From assembly GCF_024023655.1 (NCBI RefSeq), contig NZ_JAJJVQ010000012.1: 32,000 nt of DNA; one strand, 5' to 3'. Positions 20,710 to 30,550 of this stretch are shown here, in pieces; within the stretch, counting starts at the first letter, position 1, and every line of letters starts with the position of its first letter. A program made the position numbers and the translations under genes. The notes beneath the pieces were generated by a model, which made no database searches, was not told where the DNA came from, and worked only from the letters and a program-made list of their open reading frames with translations. The stretch is from Citrobacter meridianamericanus. Its GTDB lineage: Bacteria; Pseudomonadota; Gammaproteobacteria; Enterobacterales; Enterobacteriaceae.

Positions 20710-22095
20710 ATGGCCGAGAACAAACCTGAGCTACAGCGTGGGCTGGAGGCTCGTCACATCGAATTAATTGCCCTTGGGGGCACTATTGGCGTCGGACTCT
20801 TTATGGGGGCTGCCAGTACCCTGAAATGGGCGGGGCCGTCGGTTCTGCTGGCATACATCGTGGCCGGGCTGTTCGTCTTTTTCATTATGCGTTCTATGGG
20901 GGAGATGTTATTCCTCGAGCCGGTTGCCGGTTCATTCGCTGTTTACGCCCATCGTTATATGAGCCCCTTCTTTGGTTATCTCACCGCCTGGTCATATTGG
21001 TTTATGTGGATGGCAGTGGGGATATCAGAGATTACCGCCATCGGGGTGTACGTCCAGTTCTGGTTCCCGGAAATGGCGCAATGGATACCCGCACTGATTG
21101 CTGTTGGACTGGTTGCGTTGGCAAACCTCGCCGCAGTTCGCTTGTATGGTGAAATTGAATTCTGGTTTGCCATGATCAAAGTGACCACCATCATTGTGAT
21201 GATCGTCATTGGGTTAGGGGTGATTTTCTTCGGGTTTGGCAACGGTGGTCAGGCGATCGGTTTTGGCAACCTGACCGAGCATGGCGGCTTCTTTGCTGGT
21301 GGTTGGAAGGGCTTCCTGACGGCATTGTGTATTGTCGTGGCTTCTTACCAGGGCGTGGAGCTGATCGGCATTACTGCAGGTGAAGCGAAGAATCCACAGG
21401 TCACGCTGCGTAGCGCAGTAGGTAAAGTGCTGTGGCGTATCCTGATTTTCTACGTTGGGGCGATTTTTGTTATCGTCACTATTTTCCCGTGGAACGAGAT
21501 TGGCAGCAACGGCAGTCCGTTTGTTCTCACCTTTGCCAAGATTGGTATTACCGCAGCGGCAGGGATTATTAACTTTGTGGTTCTGACTGCGGCGCTGTCG
21601 GGTTGTAACAGCGGGATGTACAGCTGCGGGCGCATGCTCTACGCACTGGCAAAGAATCGTCAGCTCCCCGCCGCTGTTGGAAAAGTTTCTCGCCATGGCG
21701 TACCGGTTGCCGGCGTGGCTATTTCTATCGCGATACTGCTGATTGGTTCGTGCCTGAACTACATTATTCCCAACCCGCAGCGCGTATTCGTTTATGTTTA
21801 TAGCGCCAGCGTGCTACCGGGGATGGTGCCGTGGTTTGTGATCCTGATAAGCCAGCTGCGGTTCCGCCAGGCCCATAAAGCGGCGATCGCCAGTCATCCT
21901 TTCCGTTCGATTCTGTTCCCGTGGGCGAATTATTTGACGATGGCGTTCCTGATTTGCGTATTAATCGGCATGTACTTTAATGAAGATACCCGAATGTCAC
22001 TGTTTGTTGGCATTGGCTTCTTACTGGCGGTGACACTCATTTATAAGGTTTTTGGCCTGAATCGTCATGGCACAGCCCAAAAATTGCAGGAATAA
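20710..22095 (+). CDS. yifK: APC-family amino-acid permease (reported Thr/Ser transporter), 461 aa
   Basis: [50 protein letters not shown]... has the typical amino-acid permease signature, and its length and position match YifK. Confidence 0.92.
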   Translation: MAENKPELQRGLEARHIELIALGGTIGVGLFMGAASTLKWAGPSVLLAYIVAGLFVFFIMRSMGEMLFLEPVAGSFAVYAHRYMSPFFGYLTAWSYWFMWMAVGISEITAIGVYVQFWFPEMAQWIPALIAVGLVALANLAAVRLYGEIEFWFAMIKVTTIIVMIVIGLGVIFFGFGNGGQAIGFGNLTEHGGFFAGGWKGFLTALCIVVASYQGVELIGITAGEAKNPQVTLRSAVGKVLWRILIFYVGAIFVIVTIFPWNEIGSNGSPFVLTFAKIGITAAAGIINFVVLTAALSGCNSGMYSCGRMLYALAKNRQLPAAVGKVSRHGVPVAGVAISIAILLIGSCLNYIIPNPQRVFVYVYSASVLPGMVPWFVILISQLRFRQAHKAAIASHPFRSILFPWANYLTMAFLICVLIGMYFNEDTRMSLFVGIGFLLAVTLIYKVFGLNRHGTAQKLQE

Positions 22096-22125
22096 GCGAC
22101 AAAACGCACAAACCATGACCAAACG

Positions 22126-22176
22126 ATAATTTATTTTAAAAAACCACTAGACAGCAGACCGAGACCTCCGTAATAT
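22126..22176 (+). promoter_or_regulatory. Promoter of the argX-hisR-leuT-proM tRNA operon (UP element, -35, -10, GC-rich discriminator)
   Basis: A/T-rich UP-like tract ATAATTTATTTTAAAAAA (22126-22143), TAGACA (22148-22153), a 17-nt spacer, then TAATAT (22171-22176), followed by the GC-rich CCAGCCCCGC typical of stringently controlled stable-RNA promoters. argX begins at 22198. Confidence 0.6.
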
Positions 22177-22197
22177 CCAGCCCCGCAACGGCGCTAA

Positions 22198-22274
<77 letters not shown>

Positions 22275-22329
22275 TTTAGTAAGGTGCCGGAGCTGCGGTG
22301 GTTTTAATACCGCGTAAAAGATTTGCAGT

Positions 22330-22406
22330 GGTGGCTATAGCTCAGTTGGTAGAGCCCTGGATTGTGATTCCAGTTGTCGTGGGTTCGAATCCCATTAGCC
22401 ACCCCA
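22330..22406 (+). tRNA. hisR: tRNA-His (anticodon GTG), 77 nt including the extra 5' G(-1) and CCA
   Basis: GGTGGCTATAGCTCAGTTGGTAGAGCCCTGGATTGTGATTCCAGTTGTCGTGGGTTCGAATCCCATTAGCCACCCCA matches E. coli hisR as recalled. Confidence 0.97.
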
Positions 22407-22426
22407 TTAATTTAAAGTTGTGAAAT

Positions 22427-22512
22427 GCGAAGGTGGCGGAATTGGTAGACGCGCTAGCTTCAGGTGTTAGTGTCCTTAGGATGTGGGGGTTCGAGTCCCC
22501 CCCCTCGCACCA
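22427..22512 (+). tRNA. leuT: tRNA-Leu (anticodon CAG), 86 nt, class II with long variable arm
   Basis: GCGAAGGTGGCGGAATTGGTAGACGCGCTAGCTTCAGGTGTTAGTGTCCTTAGGATGTGGGGGTTCGAGTCCCCCCCCTCGCACCA. Anticodon loop TTCAGGT. The variable arm and T-loop differ slightly from the E. coli sequence I recall (see findings). Confidence 0.95.
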
Positions 22513-22553
22513 CGACTTAAAGAATTGAACTAAAAATTCAAAAAGCAGTAAAA

Positions 22554-22630
22554 CGGCGAGTAGCGCAGCTTGGTAGCGCAACTGGTTTGGGACCAGTGGG
22601 TCGGAGGTTCGAATCCTCTCTCGCCGACCA
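22554..22630 (+). tRNA. proM: tRNA-Pro (anticodon TGG), 77 nt with CCA
   Basis: CGGCGAGTAGCGCAGCTTGGTAGCGCAACTGGTTTGGGACCAGTGGGTCGGAGGTTCGAATCCTCTCTCGCCGACCA matches E. coli proM as recalled. Confidence 0.97.
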
Positions 22631-22636
22631 ATTTTG

Positions 22637-22665
22637 AACCCCGCTTCGGCGGGGTTTTTTGTTTT
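22637..22665 (+). terminator. Intrinsic terminator of the tRNA operon
   Basis: AACCCCGC (22637-22644), TTCG tetraloop, GCGGGGTT (22649-22656), followed by a T-run (TTTTTTGTTTT). Confidence 0.88.
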
Positions 22666-22749
22666 CTGATTTTCCTTTCTCAGTCGTTATTCCCAAGAAT
22701 TACCTGCTGTCTTAAAAAGTCCGAATACCTGGTTTTTGCAGTGCAATCG

Positions 22750-22776
22750 TGGCACGCGTTGTGCAATAATATACGG
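22750..22776 (+). promoter_or_regulatory. glmZ promoter: sigma-54-like -24/-12 element overlapping an extended -10 sigma-70 element
   Basis: TGGCAC (22750-22755), N5, GTGCA (22761-22765), against the consensus TGGCAC-N5-TTGCA. This places GG at -24/-25 and GC at -12/-13 relative to ~22776. Overlapping it is TG-C-AATAAT (22762-22770), an extended -10 ending 7 nt before the homologous GlmZ 5' end at 22777. Confidence 0.55.
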
Positions 22777-22980
22777 GTAGATGCTCATTCCATCTCTTAT
22801 GTTCGCCATCTGGCCTCATAAACTCAGGAATGATGCAGAGCCGTTTACGGTGCTTATCGTCCACAGACAGATGTCGCGTAGCCTCATCAAACACCATGGA
22901 CATAACGTTGAGTGAAGCACCCATTTATGTTGTCATACAGACCTGTTTAACGCCTGCTCCAAAAGAGCGGGCGTTTTTTT
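22777..22980 (+). ncRNA. glmZ: Small regulatory RNA GlmZ (SraJ/RyiA), ~204 nt, activator of glmS translation
   Basis: GTAGATGCTCATTCCATCTCTTATGTTCGCC...CCTCATAAACTC.GGAATGA.GCAGAGCCGTTTACGGTGCTTATCGTCCAC.GACAGATGTCGC...ACACCATGGACA.AACGTTGAGTGAAGCACCC...TGTTGTCATACAGACCTGTTT matches the E. coli GlmZ sequence as I recall it. It ends in an intrinsic terminator and lies convergent with hemY, as in E. coli. Confidence 0.85.
22949..22980 (+). terminator. Intrinsic terminator of glmZ
   Basis: AACGCCTGCTC (22949-22959), loop CAAAA, GAGCGGGCGTT (22965-22975). This is an 11-bp stem with one G-U pair, followed by a run of 7 T (22974-22980). Confidence 0.85.
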
Positions 22981-23000
22981 ATTTATGCATCATTGAAAAT

Positions 23001-23026
23001 GCCCGGTAGGCGAAGCGTCACCGGGC
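23001..23026 (-). terminator. REP-like hairpin immediately downstream of hemY, a candidate hemCDXY terminator
   Basis: On the minus strand, GCCCGGT (12-nt loop) ACCGGGC is followed by ATTTTCAAT. It starts 10 nt after the hemY stop. The U-tract is weak. The glmZ terminator hairpin just beyond it could also stop minus-strand read-through. Confidence 0.35.
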
Positions 23027-23035
23027 AATGGGGAA

Positions 23036-24238
23036 TTACTGCGGGGGATTGTTGTTCTGCAGCGTCAGCATCAGGCCATCACGGCGCATGGTGGCGGCTT
23101 CTTCCGGTTGATGCAGTCTGTCCAGCGCGTCAGCAAGCCAGGCGTAGTCATAGGCATCCGGGCGCTGTTTGAGGGCTGCACGGAAGGCGAGCGTGGCTTC
23201 CTGCCATTCGCCATGCTTCATGAGCGACTGCCCCAGCGTGCTCCATAGCAACGGGCGATCGCCCACGGCTTTAATCTGCTGGCGCAACACTTTCTCTATC
23301 TGTTCCGGGTTATTGGTTTTCAGACGCGGGATCGGCAGCACCAGGCGATCGTCGTACTGACGTTTCAGGCCATCAATAATGACCTGCTGCGCCGTGTCGT
23401 GATCGTCACACTCAATCAGATGTTCAGCCATCGCTACCTGCAGGGCAACCTGATGACGGGTTTTACGGTTCTGATTTTTCCACCATGCGCGTAGCCCCTC
23501 GCTGCCCTGATCGGCGCGAACCTGATCCATCAGGCCAACCCATGCCTGCTGTTCCAGCATAGTGCGATGTTCGTCATCGCCCACGTGCGCTTTTGCCATG
23601 GATGGAATGATATCCAGTAACGAACTCCATGCGCCGGTACGAATGTAGGCCTGTTCAGCCAGACGCAGCACTTCCGGATGACGAGGTGTCACTTCCAGCA
23701 GTTTGTCTACGCTGTGGCGCGCGGCATGATTTTCATTACGCGCCAGCTGCAGGCGAACGCGAGCGATTTCAACCGGGATCGTATCATTGCCTGCCAGTTC
23801 GGCGGCACGCTCAAGGTGTTGGTTGGCACGCGCTTCGTCACCGCGCTGCTGAGCCGCTTCTGCCGCCAGCAGGTAATTCACTACCGGCTGTTCTGCATGA
23901 TCGGCATTTTTCGACATTAGCTTCTCAACCTGCTGATAGTCACCTTCCGCCAGCTTGAGCAGCGCCTGTTCGGTCTGCTTACGGGCGCGACGACGTTTAC
24001 GACCGACAAACCATCCGCGGGTATGCGCACCTGTGCGGAAAATTCGGCGCAGCAGCCATTCAATTGCAAACAGGACGACCATGGCGACGATCAGGATGAT
24101 CGCCAGTCCCGTCACGCTGGTTTCGATATTGTAATTATCCGTCTGGATCAATACGTAGCCCTGATGACCGGCAATCATCGGACCAACAACGATCCCGGCA
24201 ATCAGCAGCACAAAGAGCAATAATACTTTTAGCATCAT
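23036..24238 (-). CDS. hemY: HemY protein (membrane-anchored TPR-like protein of the hem operon), 400 aa
   Basis: MLKVLLLFVLLIAGIVVGPMIAGHQGYVLIQTDNYNIETSVTGLAIILI... and the remaining sequence match HemY. TAATG overlap with the hemX stop. Confidence 0.93.
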   Translation of the reverse strand: MMLKVLLLFVLLIAGIVVGPMIAGHQGYVLIQTDNYNIETSVTGLAIILIVAMVVLFAIEWLLRRIFRTGAHTRGWFVGRKRRRARKQTEQALLKLAEGDYQQVEKLMSKNADHAEQPVVNYLLAAEAAQQRGDEARANQHLERAAELAGNDTIPVEIARVRLQLARNENHAARHSVDKLLEVTPRHPEVLRLAEQAYIRTGAWSSLLDIIPSMAKAHVGDDEHRTMLEQQAWVGLMDQVRADQGSEGLRAWWKNQNRKTRHQVALQVAMAEHLIECDDHDTAQQVIIDGLKRQYDDRLVLPIPRLKTNNPEQIEKVLRQQIKAVGDRPLLWSTLGQSLMKHGEWQEATLAFRAALKQRPDAYDYAWLADALDRLHQPEEAATMRRDGLMLTLQNNNPPQ

Positions 24239-25413
24239 TATTCTCCTTGCGGCGCAGTCGCCGGAGCGTCTGTTGCAGGCGCTGGTGCAGGTGCAACTGG
24301 CGCTGTGGCAGGTTGCGCCAGTAAATTACGTACGCGGGTCTGCATTAGCTTGTCGAGAAGAGCCTGGCTCTGCAGTGTTTCCGGGACATCCATACTGATG
24401 CTTTGTTGGCTCAGCTGGTCTACCTCTTCAAGGAAAGCTTTGGTCGTTGCATCATCGGTGTCGTAGTAGGCGCGCACCCAGGTAGAGACGTTTTCCAGCG
24501 CCTGACGCCAGGTTTCTTCCTGATGACGCGGCACAGCCTGGGCGGCCACTAACAGGCGTGAACGGATGTTTTCACGTAAATAAACGTCCTGGTTCGGTGC
24601 CAGCAGCGGGACGGCGGTTTCATCACGACGGCGAACGGTGATAAAGCTATCCATAAAGTTCTGCCAGCTTTTTTGCAGATTGATACGCCATTCGCTGATC
24701 GAGCTGGAAAGCTCGTTGCTGTCGGAGTCCATCGGCGAATCATCGGTGTCATTGTCGGCCAGACGCAGGTTATCAATCTGGTTTGCGAGCTGATTTACTT
24801 TGAGGATAATGCCGTCATAGTCGACCTGAGTCACCGCGGAGAGGCTAGCGATATCATCGGTAATCGCGCGGCGGGCGGTAATCAGGCTCGGGTCGTTCAT
24901 ATCCGCCAGGCTGGCATCAGCGCTTTTCAGCAGCGCCGCGGCGGTGGTCACGTCCTGATCGCTCCATAATTTGCGACCGGCCAGTTTCACCAGGAAATCA
25001 GCCTGCGCCAGTAACCATGTTCCGGCATCGCTGCTGGAGATAGTGGCGACTTTTTGCTGGACTTCGTCAAGCTGTTTGACCAGCGCGGCCTGCTGGCGAG
25101 AGGCTTCATCCAGCTGCGTGGCCTGCTGTTTAATAATGCCTTCCAGCTCAGCTTTTTGGCTTTCCTGCGCTTTTTGCAGCGCCGTCAGTTGGTTTGCCAG
25201 CGCGTCGCTGGTTGCTGTCTGTGTTGTTGCCTGTTGTTTCCCCCAGCCGTACAGCCCAACGCCTGCTGCCAGCGCGATTGCAATCGCCACGGCGCTCAGA
25301 ATCAGCGCCGTGCTGTTCTTACTCTTTTTTTCAGTATTGACTGGCTGTGACGTGGTTTCCACGGCCTCCCTGGTCTCTTCAACCACGGCGGAGGATTTTT
25401 CTTGTTCCGTCAT
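24238..25413 (-). CDS. hemX: HemX protein (membrane protein of the hem operon), 391 aa
   Basis: [25 protein letters not shown]..., a single TM segment ([22 protein letters not shown]), a coiled-coil Q/A-rich region and an Ala/Pro-rich C-terminus match HemX. Confidence 0.92.
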   Translation of the reverse strand: MTEQEKSSAVVEETREAVETTSQPVNTEKKSKNSTALILSAVAIAIALAAGVGLYGWGKQQATTQTATSDALANQLTALQKAQESQKAELEGIIKQQATQLDEASRQQAALVKQLDEVQQKVATISSSDAGTWLLAQADFLVKLAGRKLWSDQDVTTAAALLKSADASLADMNDPSLITARRAITDDIASLSAVTQVDYDGIILKVNQLANQIDNLRLADNDTDDSPMDSDSNELSSSISEWRINLQKSWQNFMDSFITVRRRDETAVPLLAPNQDVYLRENIRSRLLVAAQAVPRHQEETWRQALENVSTWVRAYYDTDDATTKAFLEEVDQLSQQSISMDVPETLQSQALLDKLMQTRVRNLLAQPATAPVAPAPAPATDAPATAPQGE

Positions 25414-25434
25414 TATGGCATCCCATTATGAGAG

Positions 25435-26175
25435 TTATTGTAATGCGCGTAACAGCGCATCGTTGTCGGCGTTATCAGCGACCTTAATATCTTGCCAGCC
25501 CAGTTCCCGGGCGAGGTGCGCCAGACGCTCACTGACGACCAGCAGCCGACAGCGTAGTAACCAGTGCTCACGATACCATTGCGGAATGAGCGACCAGAGC
25601 TGTTGTAGCATCTCTCCGCTGGTGACAACCAGCGTGGTCACGCCACGAGATTGCCAGCGCATCGCTTCTTCCGCGCCATCGTAGTGTTTTGCACTGCGTT
25701 GATAACATTCACAAAAATCGACATCAGCTCCACGTGCCGTCAGGGTTTCACCTATCAGCTCGCGACCACCGTTGCCGCGTAAAATAAGCGCGCGTTTTCC
25801 CGCAATATTTTGTAATTCAGGTAATTGTAGCAAGACTTCGCTAATTTCCCGATCCAGAGGGTAGTGAATATTGCAGCTGCTAACGGTATGCAGTGCCAGC
25901 GCCGTTGTGCGGCCAATAGCAAAATAATGCGGAAGGGAGGGCCAACTTTTCCCTTGCTGCTGAAGCTCGGCATCAGCAAAGGTGACGGCGTGCTGTGAGA
26001 GTGCGAAGACCAGATCGTTTTCCGTCAGCGCTGACAGTCGGGAAGCAAGCATCGCCAGTTCCCGACCCGGTGAAAACTCGATGAGCGGAAAACTCCAGGC
26101 CACCTGCCCCAGTGTGCGCAGACGGCTCACTAACTCTTCCCCAGCGGGAGACGGGCGGGTGACCAGAATACTCAT
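25435..26175 (-). CDS. hemD: Uroporphyrinogen-III synthase, 246 aa
   Basis: [37 protein letters not shown]... matches HemD. ATGA overlap with the hemC stop. Confidence 0.93.
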   Translation of the reverse strand: MSILVTRPSPAGEELVSRLRTLGQVAWSFPLIEFSPGRELAMLASRLSALTENDLVFALSQHAVTFADAELQQQGKSWPSLPHYFAIGRTTALALHTVSSCNIHYPLDREISEVLLQLPELQNIAGKRALILRGNGGRELIGETLTARGADVDFCECYQRSAKHYDGAEEAMRWQSRGVTTLVVTSGEMLQQLWSLIPQWYREHWLLRCRLLVVSERLAHLARELGWQDIKVADNADNDALLRALQ

Positions 26176-27113
26176 GCGGGGGCTTCTCCGTTGTAAACTT
26201 CAGCCAGAATGGCACGCGCACCGTTCTCCAGTAGCTCTTCAGCCAGAGAGATGCCCATCTGCTCAGCATCCTGCGCGGCACCGCGACGTTCTCCACATAC
26301 CATCTGCGAACCATCAGGTGCGCCGACCAGCGCCCGCAGCCAAATCTCACCGTTAATGACCTCGGCATAACTGCCGATAGGTACCTGACATCCTCCTTCC
26401 AGGCGGGTGTTCATGGCGCGTTCGGCTTTGACGCGTAGCGCTGTCTCTTCATGATTGAGCGGCGCTAACAGCGCCTGAGTGCGCATATCATCCAGTCGAC
26501 ATTCTATGCCAACTGCGCCTTGCCCGACAGCTGGCAGAGAGACTTCCGGCGGCAGAGCGGTACGGACGCGCGACTCAAGACCTAAACGTTTTAATCCGGC
26601 GACCGCCAGAATAATCGCGTCATAATCACCGTTATCCAGTTTGCCGAGACGTGTGCCTACGTTACCGCGCAACGAACGGATGATGAGGTCCGGACGGCGT
26701 TTGGCCAACTGGCACTGACGGCGCAAACTGGATGTCCCGACGATGCTGCCAGCCGGGAGTTCATCCAGCGTGTTGTACTTATTGGAGACGAAAGCATCAC
26801 GCGGATCTTCTCGCTCGCAAATGGTGACCAGTCCAAGACCGTCAGGGAATTCAACCGGCACATCCTTCATGGAGTGCACGGCGATATCGGCGCGTTTTTC
26901 CAGCAGCGCGACTTCCAGCTCTTTAACAAACAGCCCTTTCCCCCCGACCTTCGCCAGCGGAGTATCAAGGATCACATCGCCACGGGTTACCATAGGAACC
27001 AGTTCCACGATCAGACCGGGGTGGTTTGCCATTAAGGCGTCTTTGACATAATGTGCCTGCCAGAGCGCAAGGGGGCTTTGGCGTGTGGCAATTCTCAAAA
27101 CATTGTCTAACAT
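26172..27113 (-). CDS. hemC: Hydroxymethylbilane synthase (porphobilinogen deaminase), 313 aa
   Basis: [64 protein letters not shown]... matches HemC. The ATG at 27113 gives the 313-aa homologous form. The tracked ORF extends 7 codons further to a TTG at 27134 (ATG at 27128), which cannot be excluded. Confidence 0.92.
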   Translation of the reverse strand: MLDNVLRIATRQSPLALWQAHYVKDALMANHPGLIVELVPMVTRGDVILDTPLAKVGGKGLFVKELEVALLEKRADIAVHSMKDVPVEFPDGLGLVTICEREDPRDAFVSNKYNTLDELPAGSIVGTSSLRRQCQLAKRRPDLIIRSLRGNVGTRLGKLDNGDYDAIILAVAGLKRLGLESRVRTALPPEVSLPAVGQGAVGIECRLDDMRTQALLAPLNHEETALRVKAERAMNTRLEGGCQVPIGSYAEVINGEIWLRALVGAPDGSQMVCGERRGAAQDAEQMGISLAEELLENGARAILAEVYNGEAPA

Positions 27114-27328
27114 GCTTGTTACCGTCATTATCAATCATTGACCATCCTAACATCCTTATCAAAGGGATGTCAGCGTTACACTCAAACGTAAGTGAGAGGA
27201 AAAGGCGCTGCATCATCACTGTCAGTGAAGAATGACGAGAAAAACCTCCCGACCGTATGAAGGAATTTACACGTAACGAACGGTGCTACACTTGTATGTA
27301 GCGCATCTTTCTTTACGGTCAATGAGCA

Positions 27329-27350
27329 AGGTGTTAAATTGATCACGTTT
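27329..27350. promoter_or_regulatory. CRP binding site at the cyaA promoter
   Basis: AGGTGTTAAATTGATCACGTTT has half-sites TGTTA and TCACG spaced as in the consensus TGTGA-N6-TCACA. The surrounding text ACGGTGCTACACTTGTATGTAGCGCATCTTTCTTTACGGTCAAT.AGCAAGGTGTTAAATTGATCACGTTTTAGACCATTTTTT is the classic 'cya' entry of the E. coli CRP-site compilation as I recall it. Confidence 0.65.
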
Positions 27351-27504
27351 TAGACCATTTTTTCATCTGTAACTAATAAAAGTGCAGGTGAAAAAGGTAA
27401 CGGTTATTTTTGACATACGGTTTATCCGGATTGATGACGAGGGTGGTAAGCGTTTGCGCCGCCGCTATCGACGCCATGACGGATGCAACATCAGGCGATA
27501 CGTC

Positions 27505-30051
27505 TTGTACCTCTATATTGAGACTCTGAAACAGAGACTGGATGCCATAAATCAACTGCGTGTGGATCGCGCGCTTGCTGCCATGGGACCTGCTTTCCAG
27601 CAGGTATACAGTCTGCTGCCGACATTATTGCACTACCACCATCCGCTGATGCCGGGTTACCTTGATGGTAACGTTCCCAAAGGCATATGCCTTTACACGC
27701 CTGATGAAACCCAACGCCACTACCTGAACGAGTTGGAACTGTACCGCGGCATGTCGCCGCAGGACCCGCCGAAGGGCGAACTGCCGATCACCGGCGTTTA
27801 CTCGATGGGCAGTACCTCTTCGGTAGGGCAAAGCTGTTCGTCTGACCTTGATATCTGGGTCTGCCATCAATCCTGGCTGGATAGCGAAGAGCGCCAACTG
27901 CTGCAGCGTAAATGTAGCCTGCTGGAAAGCTGGGCGGCCTCGCTGGGCGTGGAAGTCAGTTTCTTCCTGATTGACGAAAACCGTTTCCGTCACAATGAAA
28001 GCGGCAGTCTGGGTGGGGAAGACTGTGGCTCGACGCAGCATATCCTGTTGCTGGATGAATTCTATCGCACCGCTGTGCGCCTCGCGGGTAAACGTATTCT
28101 GTGGAATATGGTACCGGGCGACGAAGAAGAGCATTACGACGATTACGTCATGACGCTCTACGCACAAGGGGTGCTAACGCCAAACGAATGGCTGGATCTC
28201 GGCGGGCTCAGTTCGCTCTCTGCCGAAGAGTATTTCGGCGCCAGCCTTTGGCAGTTGTACAAGAGTATCGACTCTCCGTACAAAGCAGTGCTGAAAACGC
28301 TGCTGCTGGAGGCGTATTCTTGGGAATACCCCAATCCACGCCTGTTGGCGAAAGATATTAAACAGCGCTTGCACGATGGTGAGATCGTCTCATTTGGTCT
28401 CGACCCTTACTGCATGATGCTGGAGCGTGTAACCGAATACCTTACGGCGATCGAAGACCCGACACGTCTGGATTTAGTGCGTCGATGTTTCTACTTAAAA
28501 GTGTGTGAGAAACTGAGCCGTGAGCGCGCCTGCGTGGGCTGGCGCCGTGAAGTATTAAGTCAATTAGTGACAGAGTGGGGCTGGGATGATGCCCGTCTGA
28601 CCATGCTGGATAACCGCGCTAACTGGAAGATTGACCAGGTGCGTGAAGCGCATAACGAACTGCTCGATGCGATGATGCAGAGCTATCGTAACCTGATCCG
28701 CTTTGCACGGCGTAATAACCTCAGCGTCAGCGCCAGCCCGCAAGATATCGGCGTGCTGACCCGTAAGCTGTATGCCGCGTTTGAAGCGTTGCCGGGTAAA
28801 GTCACGCTGGTGAACCCGCAGATATCTCCAGACCTCTCGGAACCGAATCTGACCTTTATCCATGTGCCTCCGGGTCGTGCCAACCGTTCGGGGTGGTATC
28901 TTTACAACCGAGCGCCGAACATGGACTCGATCATCAGCCATCAGCCACTGGAATATAACCGCTATCTCAACAAGCTGGTGGCGTGGGCCTGGTTTAATGG
29001 CCTGCTGACCTCGCGTACGCATCTATTTATTAAGGGTAACGGCATCGTTGATTTGCCGAAGCTGCAGGAAATGGTCGCCGATGTGTCGCACCACTTCCCG
29101 CTGCGTTTACCAGCGCCAACGCCGAAAGCGCTTTATAGTCCGTGCGAAATTCGGCATCTGGCAATTATCGTTAACCTCGAATATGACCCGACGGCGGCAT
29201 TTCGCAATCAGGTGGTGCATTTTGATTTCCGTAAGCTGGACGTCTTCAGTTTTGGCGAAGAGCAAAATTGCCTGGTCGGTAGCGTAGACCTGCTGTATCG
29301 CAACTCGTGGAATGAGGTGCGTACGCTGCACTTCAACGGCGAGCAGGCGATGATTGAAGCGTTAAAAACGATTCTGGGCAAAATGCATCAGGATGCCGCG
29401 CCGCCGGATAGCGTCGAGGTCTTCTGCTATAGCCAGCATCTGCGCGGGTTAATTCGTACTCGCGTACAGCAACTGGTGTCTGAGTGCATCGAATTACGCC
29501 TCTCCAGTACCCGTCAGGAAACTGGACGCTTCAAAGCGCTGCGTGTTTCCGGTCAGACGTGGGGGCTGTTCTTCGAACGTCTGAACGTCTCGGTACAGAA
29601 GCTGGAAAACGCGATTGAATTCTATGGTGCGATTTCACATAACAAACTGCACGGACTTTCCGTTCAGGTTGAGACTAACCATGTGAAACTTCCGTCGGTA
29701 GTGGACGGGTTTGCCAGCGAAGGGATCATTCAGTTCTTTTTCGAAGAAACGGGTGATGAGCAGGGCTTTAATATCTACATTCTGGACGAGAGTAACCGGG
29801 CCGAGGTGTATCACCACTGCGAAGGCAGCAAAGAGGAACTGGTACGCGACGTCAGCCGTTTCTACTCATCGTCGCACGATCGCTTCACCTATGGCTCAAG
29901 CTTTATCAACTTTAACCTGCCGCAGTTCTATCAGATTGTGAAAACCGACGGGCGCGCGCAGGTAATACCGTTCCGTACCCAGCCGATTAGCGCTGTTCCG
30001 CCCGTCAATCAGGACAACGACGCGCCGCAGTTGCAGCAGTATTTTTCCTGA
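27505..30051 (+). CDS. cyaA: Adenylate cyclase (class I), 848 aa, TTG start
   Basis: (TTG)[83 protein letters not shown]... matches E. coli CyaA over the full length. E. coli cyaA is known to initiate at UUG. The TTG at 27505 is in frame and yields 848 aa; the tracked ORF begins at a GTG at 27382. Confidence 0.93.
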   Translation: MYLYIETLKQRLDAINQLRVDRALAAMGPAFQQVYSLLPTLLHYHHPLMPGYLDGNVPKGICLYTPDETQRHYLNELELYRGMSPQDPPKGELPITGVYSMGSTSSVGQSCSSDLDIWVCHQSWLDSEERQLLQRKCSLLESWAASLGVEVSFFLIDENRFRHNESGSLGGEDCGSTQHILLLDEFYRTAVRLAGKRILWNMVPGDEEEHYDDYVMTLYAQGVLTPNEWLDLGGLSSLSAEEYFGASLWQLYKSIDSPYKAVLKTLLLEAYSWEYPNPRLLAKDIKQRLHDGEIVSFGLDPYCMMLERVTEYLTAIEDPTRLDLVRRCFYLKVCEKLSRERACVGWRREVLSQLVTEWGWDDARLTMLDNRANWKIDQVREAHNELLDAMMQSYRNLIRFARRNNLSVSASPQDIGVLTRKLYAAFEALPGKVTLVNPQISPDLSEPNLTFIHVPPGRANRSGWYLYNRAPNMDSIISHQPLEYNRYLNKLVAWAWFNGLLTSRTHLFIKGNGIVDLPKLQEMVADVSHHFPLRLPAPTPKALYSPCEIRHLAIIVNLEYDPTAAFRNQVVHFDFRKLDVFSFGEEQNCLVGSVDLLYRNSWNEVRTLHFNGEQAMIEALKTILGKMHQDAAPPDSVEVFCYSQHLRGLIRTRVQQLVSECIELRLSSTRQETGRFKALRVSGQTWGLFFERLNVSVQKLENAIEFYGAISHNKLHGLSVQVETNHVKLPSVVDGFASEGIIQFFFEETGDEQGFNIYILDESNRAEVYHHCEGSKEELVRDVSRFYSSSHDRFTYGSSFINFNLPQFYQIVKTDGRAQVIPFRTQPISAVPPVNQDNDAPQLQQYFS

Positions 30052-30058
30052 ACATGAT

Positions 30059-30083
30059 GCCGGATAAGCGAAGCGCATCCGGC
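30059..30083. repeat. REP-like palindromic unit between convergent cyaA and cyaY, a likely bidirectional transcript-end hairpin
   Basis: GCCGGAT (30059-30065), an 11-nt loop AAGCGAAGCGC, then ATCCGGC (30077-30083). The GCCGGAT...ATCCGGC arms are characteristic of enterobacterial REP sequences. Confidence 0.5.
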
Positions 30084-30091
30084 AATCACAC

Positions 30092-30412
30092 TTAGCGGAA
30101 GCTCACTTCTTCACCTGCCTGCTGTGTTGCCGCCTGTTCCAGCAGATCCCAGAACGTTTCGCCGCTACGATCGCAGATCCACTCGTCGCCTTTCAGGTCA
30201 AAGTGGTAGCCGCCCTGCTTGGTTGCCAGCCACACCTGGTGCAGCGGCTCCTGACGGTTAATAATAATTTTGCTGCCGTTTTCGAAGCTGAGGGTCAGCA
30301 CGCCGCCGTTGATTTCACAATCGATATCGCTGTCGCCGTCCCAGTCGTCCAGACGCTCTTCAATGGTCATCCACAGGGTGTCAGCAAGGCGATGAAATTC
30401 ACTGTCGTTCAT
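30092..30412 (-). CDS. cyaY: Iron-sulfur cluster assembly protein CyaY (bacterial frataxin), 106 aa
   Basis: [105 protein letters not shown] matches CyaY. Confidence 0.96.
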   Translation of the reverse strand: MNDSEFHRLADTLWMTIEERLDDWDGDSDIDCEINGGVLTLSFENGSKIIINRQEPLHQVWLATKQGGYHFDLKGDEWICDRSGETFWDLLEQAATQQAGEEVSFR

Positions 30413-30550
30413 TTTCTTATCCTGTTTTTCGTGATGACGGCAGTATAACCTGAAACAAAACGCGTTGCAGATTACAGGCTAACTCTTGCTTTTACGCCTT
30501 CTCCTGCGATGATAGAAAACAGAAAGCATGAACTTTACAGGCAATCCATA

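Noticed and set aside
22712-22924. A 70-aa minus-strand ORF (MGASLNVMSMVFDEATRHLSVDDKHRKRL...), plus an antisense 44-aa plus-strand ORF (ATG 22781 to TGA 22915). They sit next to a tRNA cluster and at first looked like a transposase/integrase remnant or a type I toxin-antitoxin pair.
   Set aside because: The whole interval is the sRNA gene glmZ. It has recognisable sequence, its own promoter at ~22750-22776 and an intrinsic terminator at 22949-22980. Neither ORF has a Shine-Dalgarno sequence, and neither protein resembles a family I can name. They are chance ORFs within a structured RNA gene.
24971-25684. A 237-aa plus-strand ORF, the longest unexplained ORF in the track, rich in Ser/Cys/Ala.
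   Set aside because: It lies entirely antisense to hemX and the 3' end of hemD, both of which are full-length and homologous to known proteins. Its low-complexity S/C/A-rich composition is typical of the shadow frame of an Ala/Gln/Leu-rich gene. No SD or promoter is evident.
27382-27504. An in-frame 41-codon upstream extension of cyaA starting at a GTG ([41 protein letters not shown]).
   Set aside because: Homology to CyaA begins exactly at the TTG at 27505, and E. coli cyaA is known to start at UUG. The extension covers the known 5'UTR and has no similarity to CyaA.
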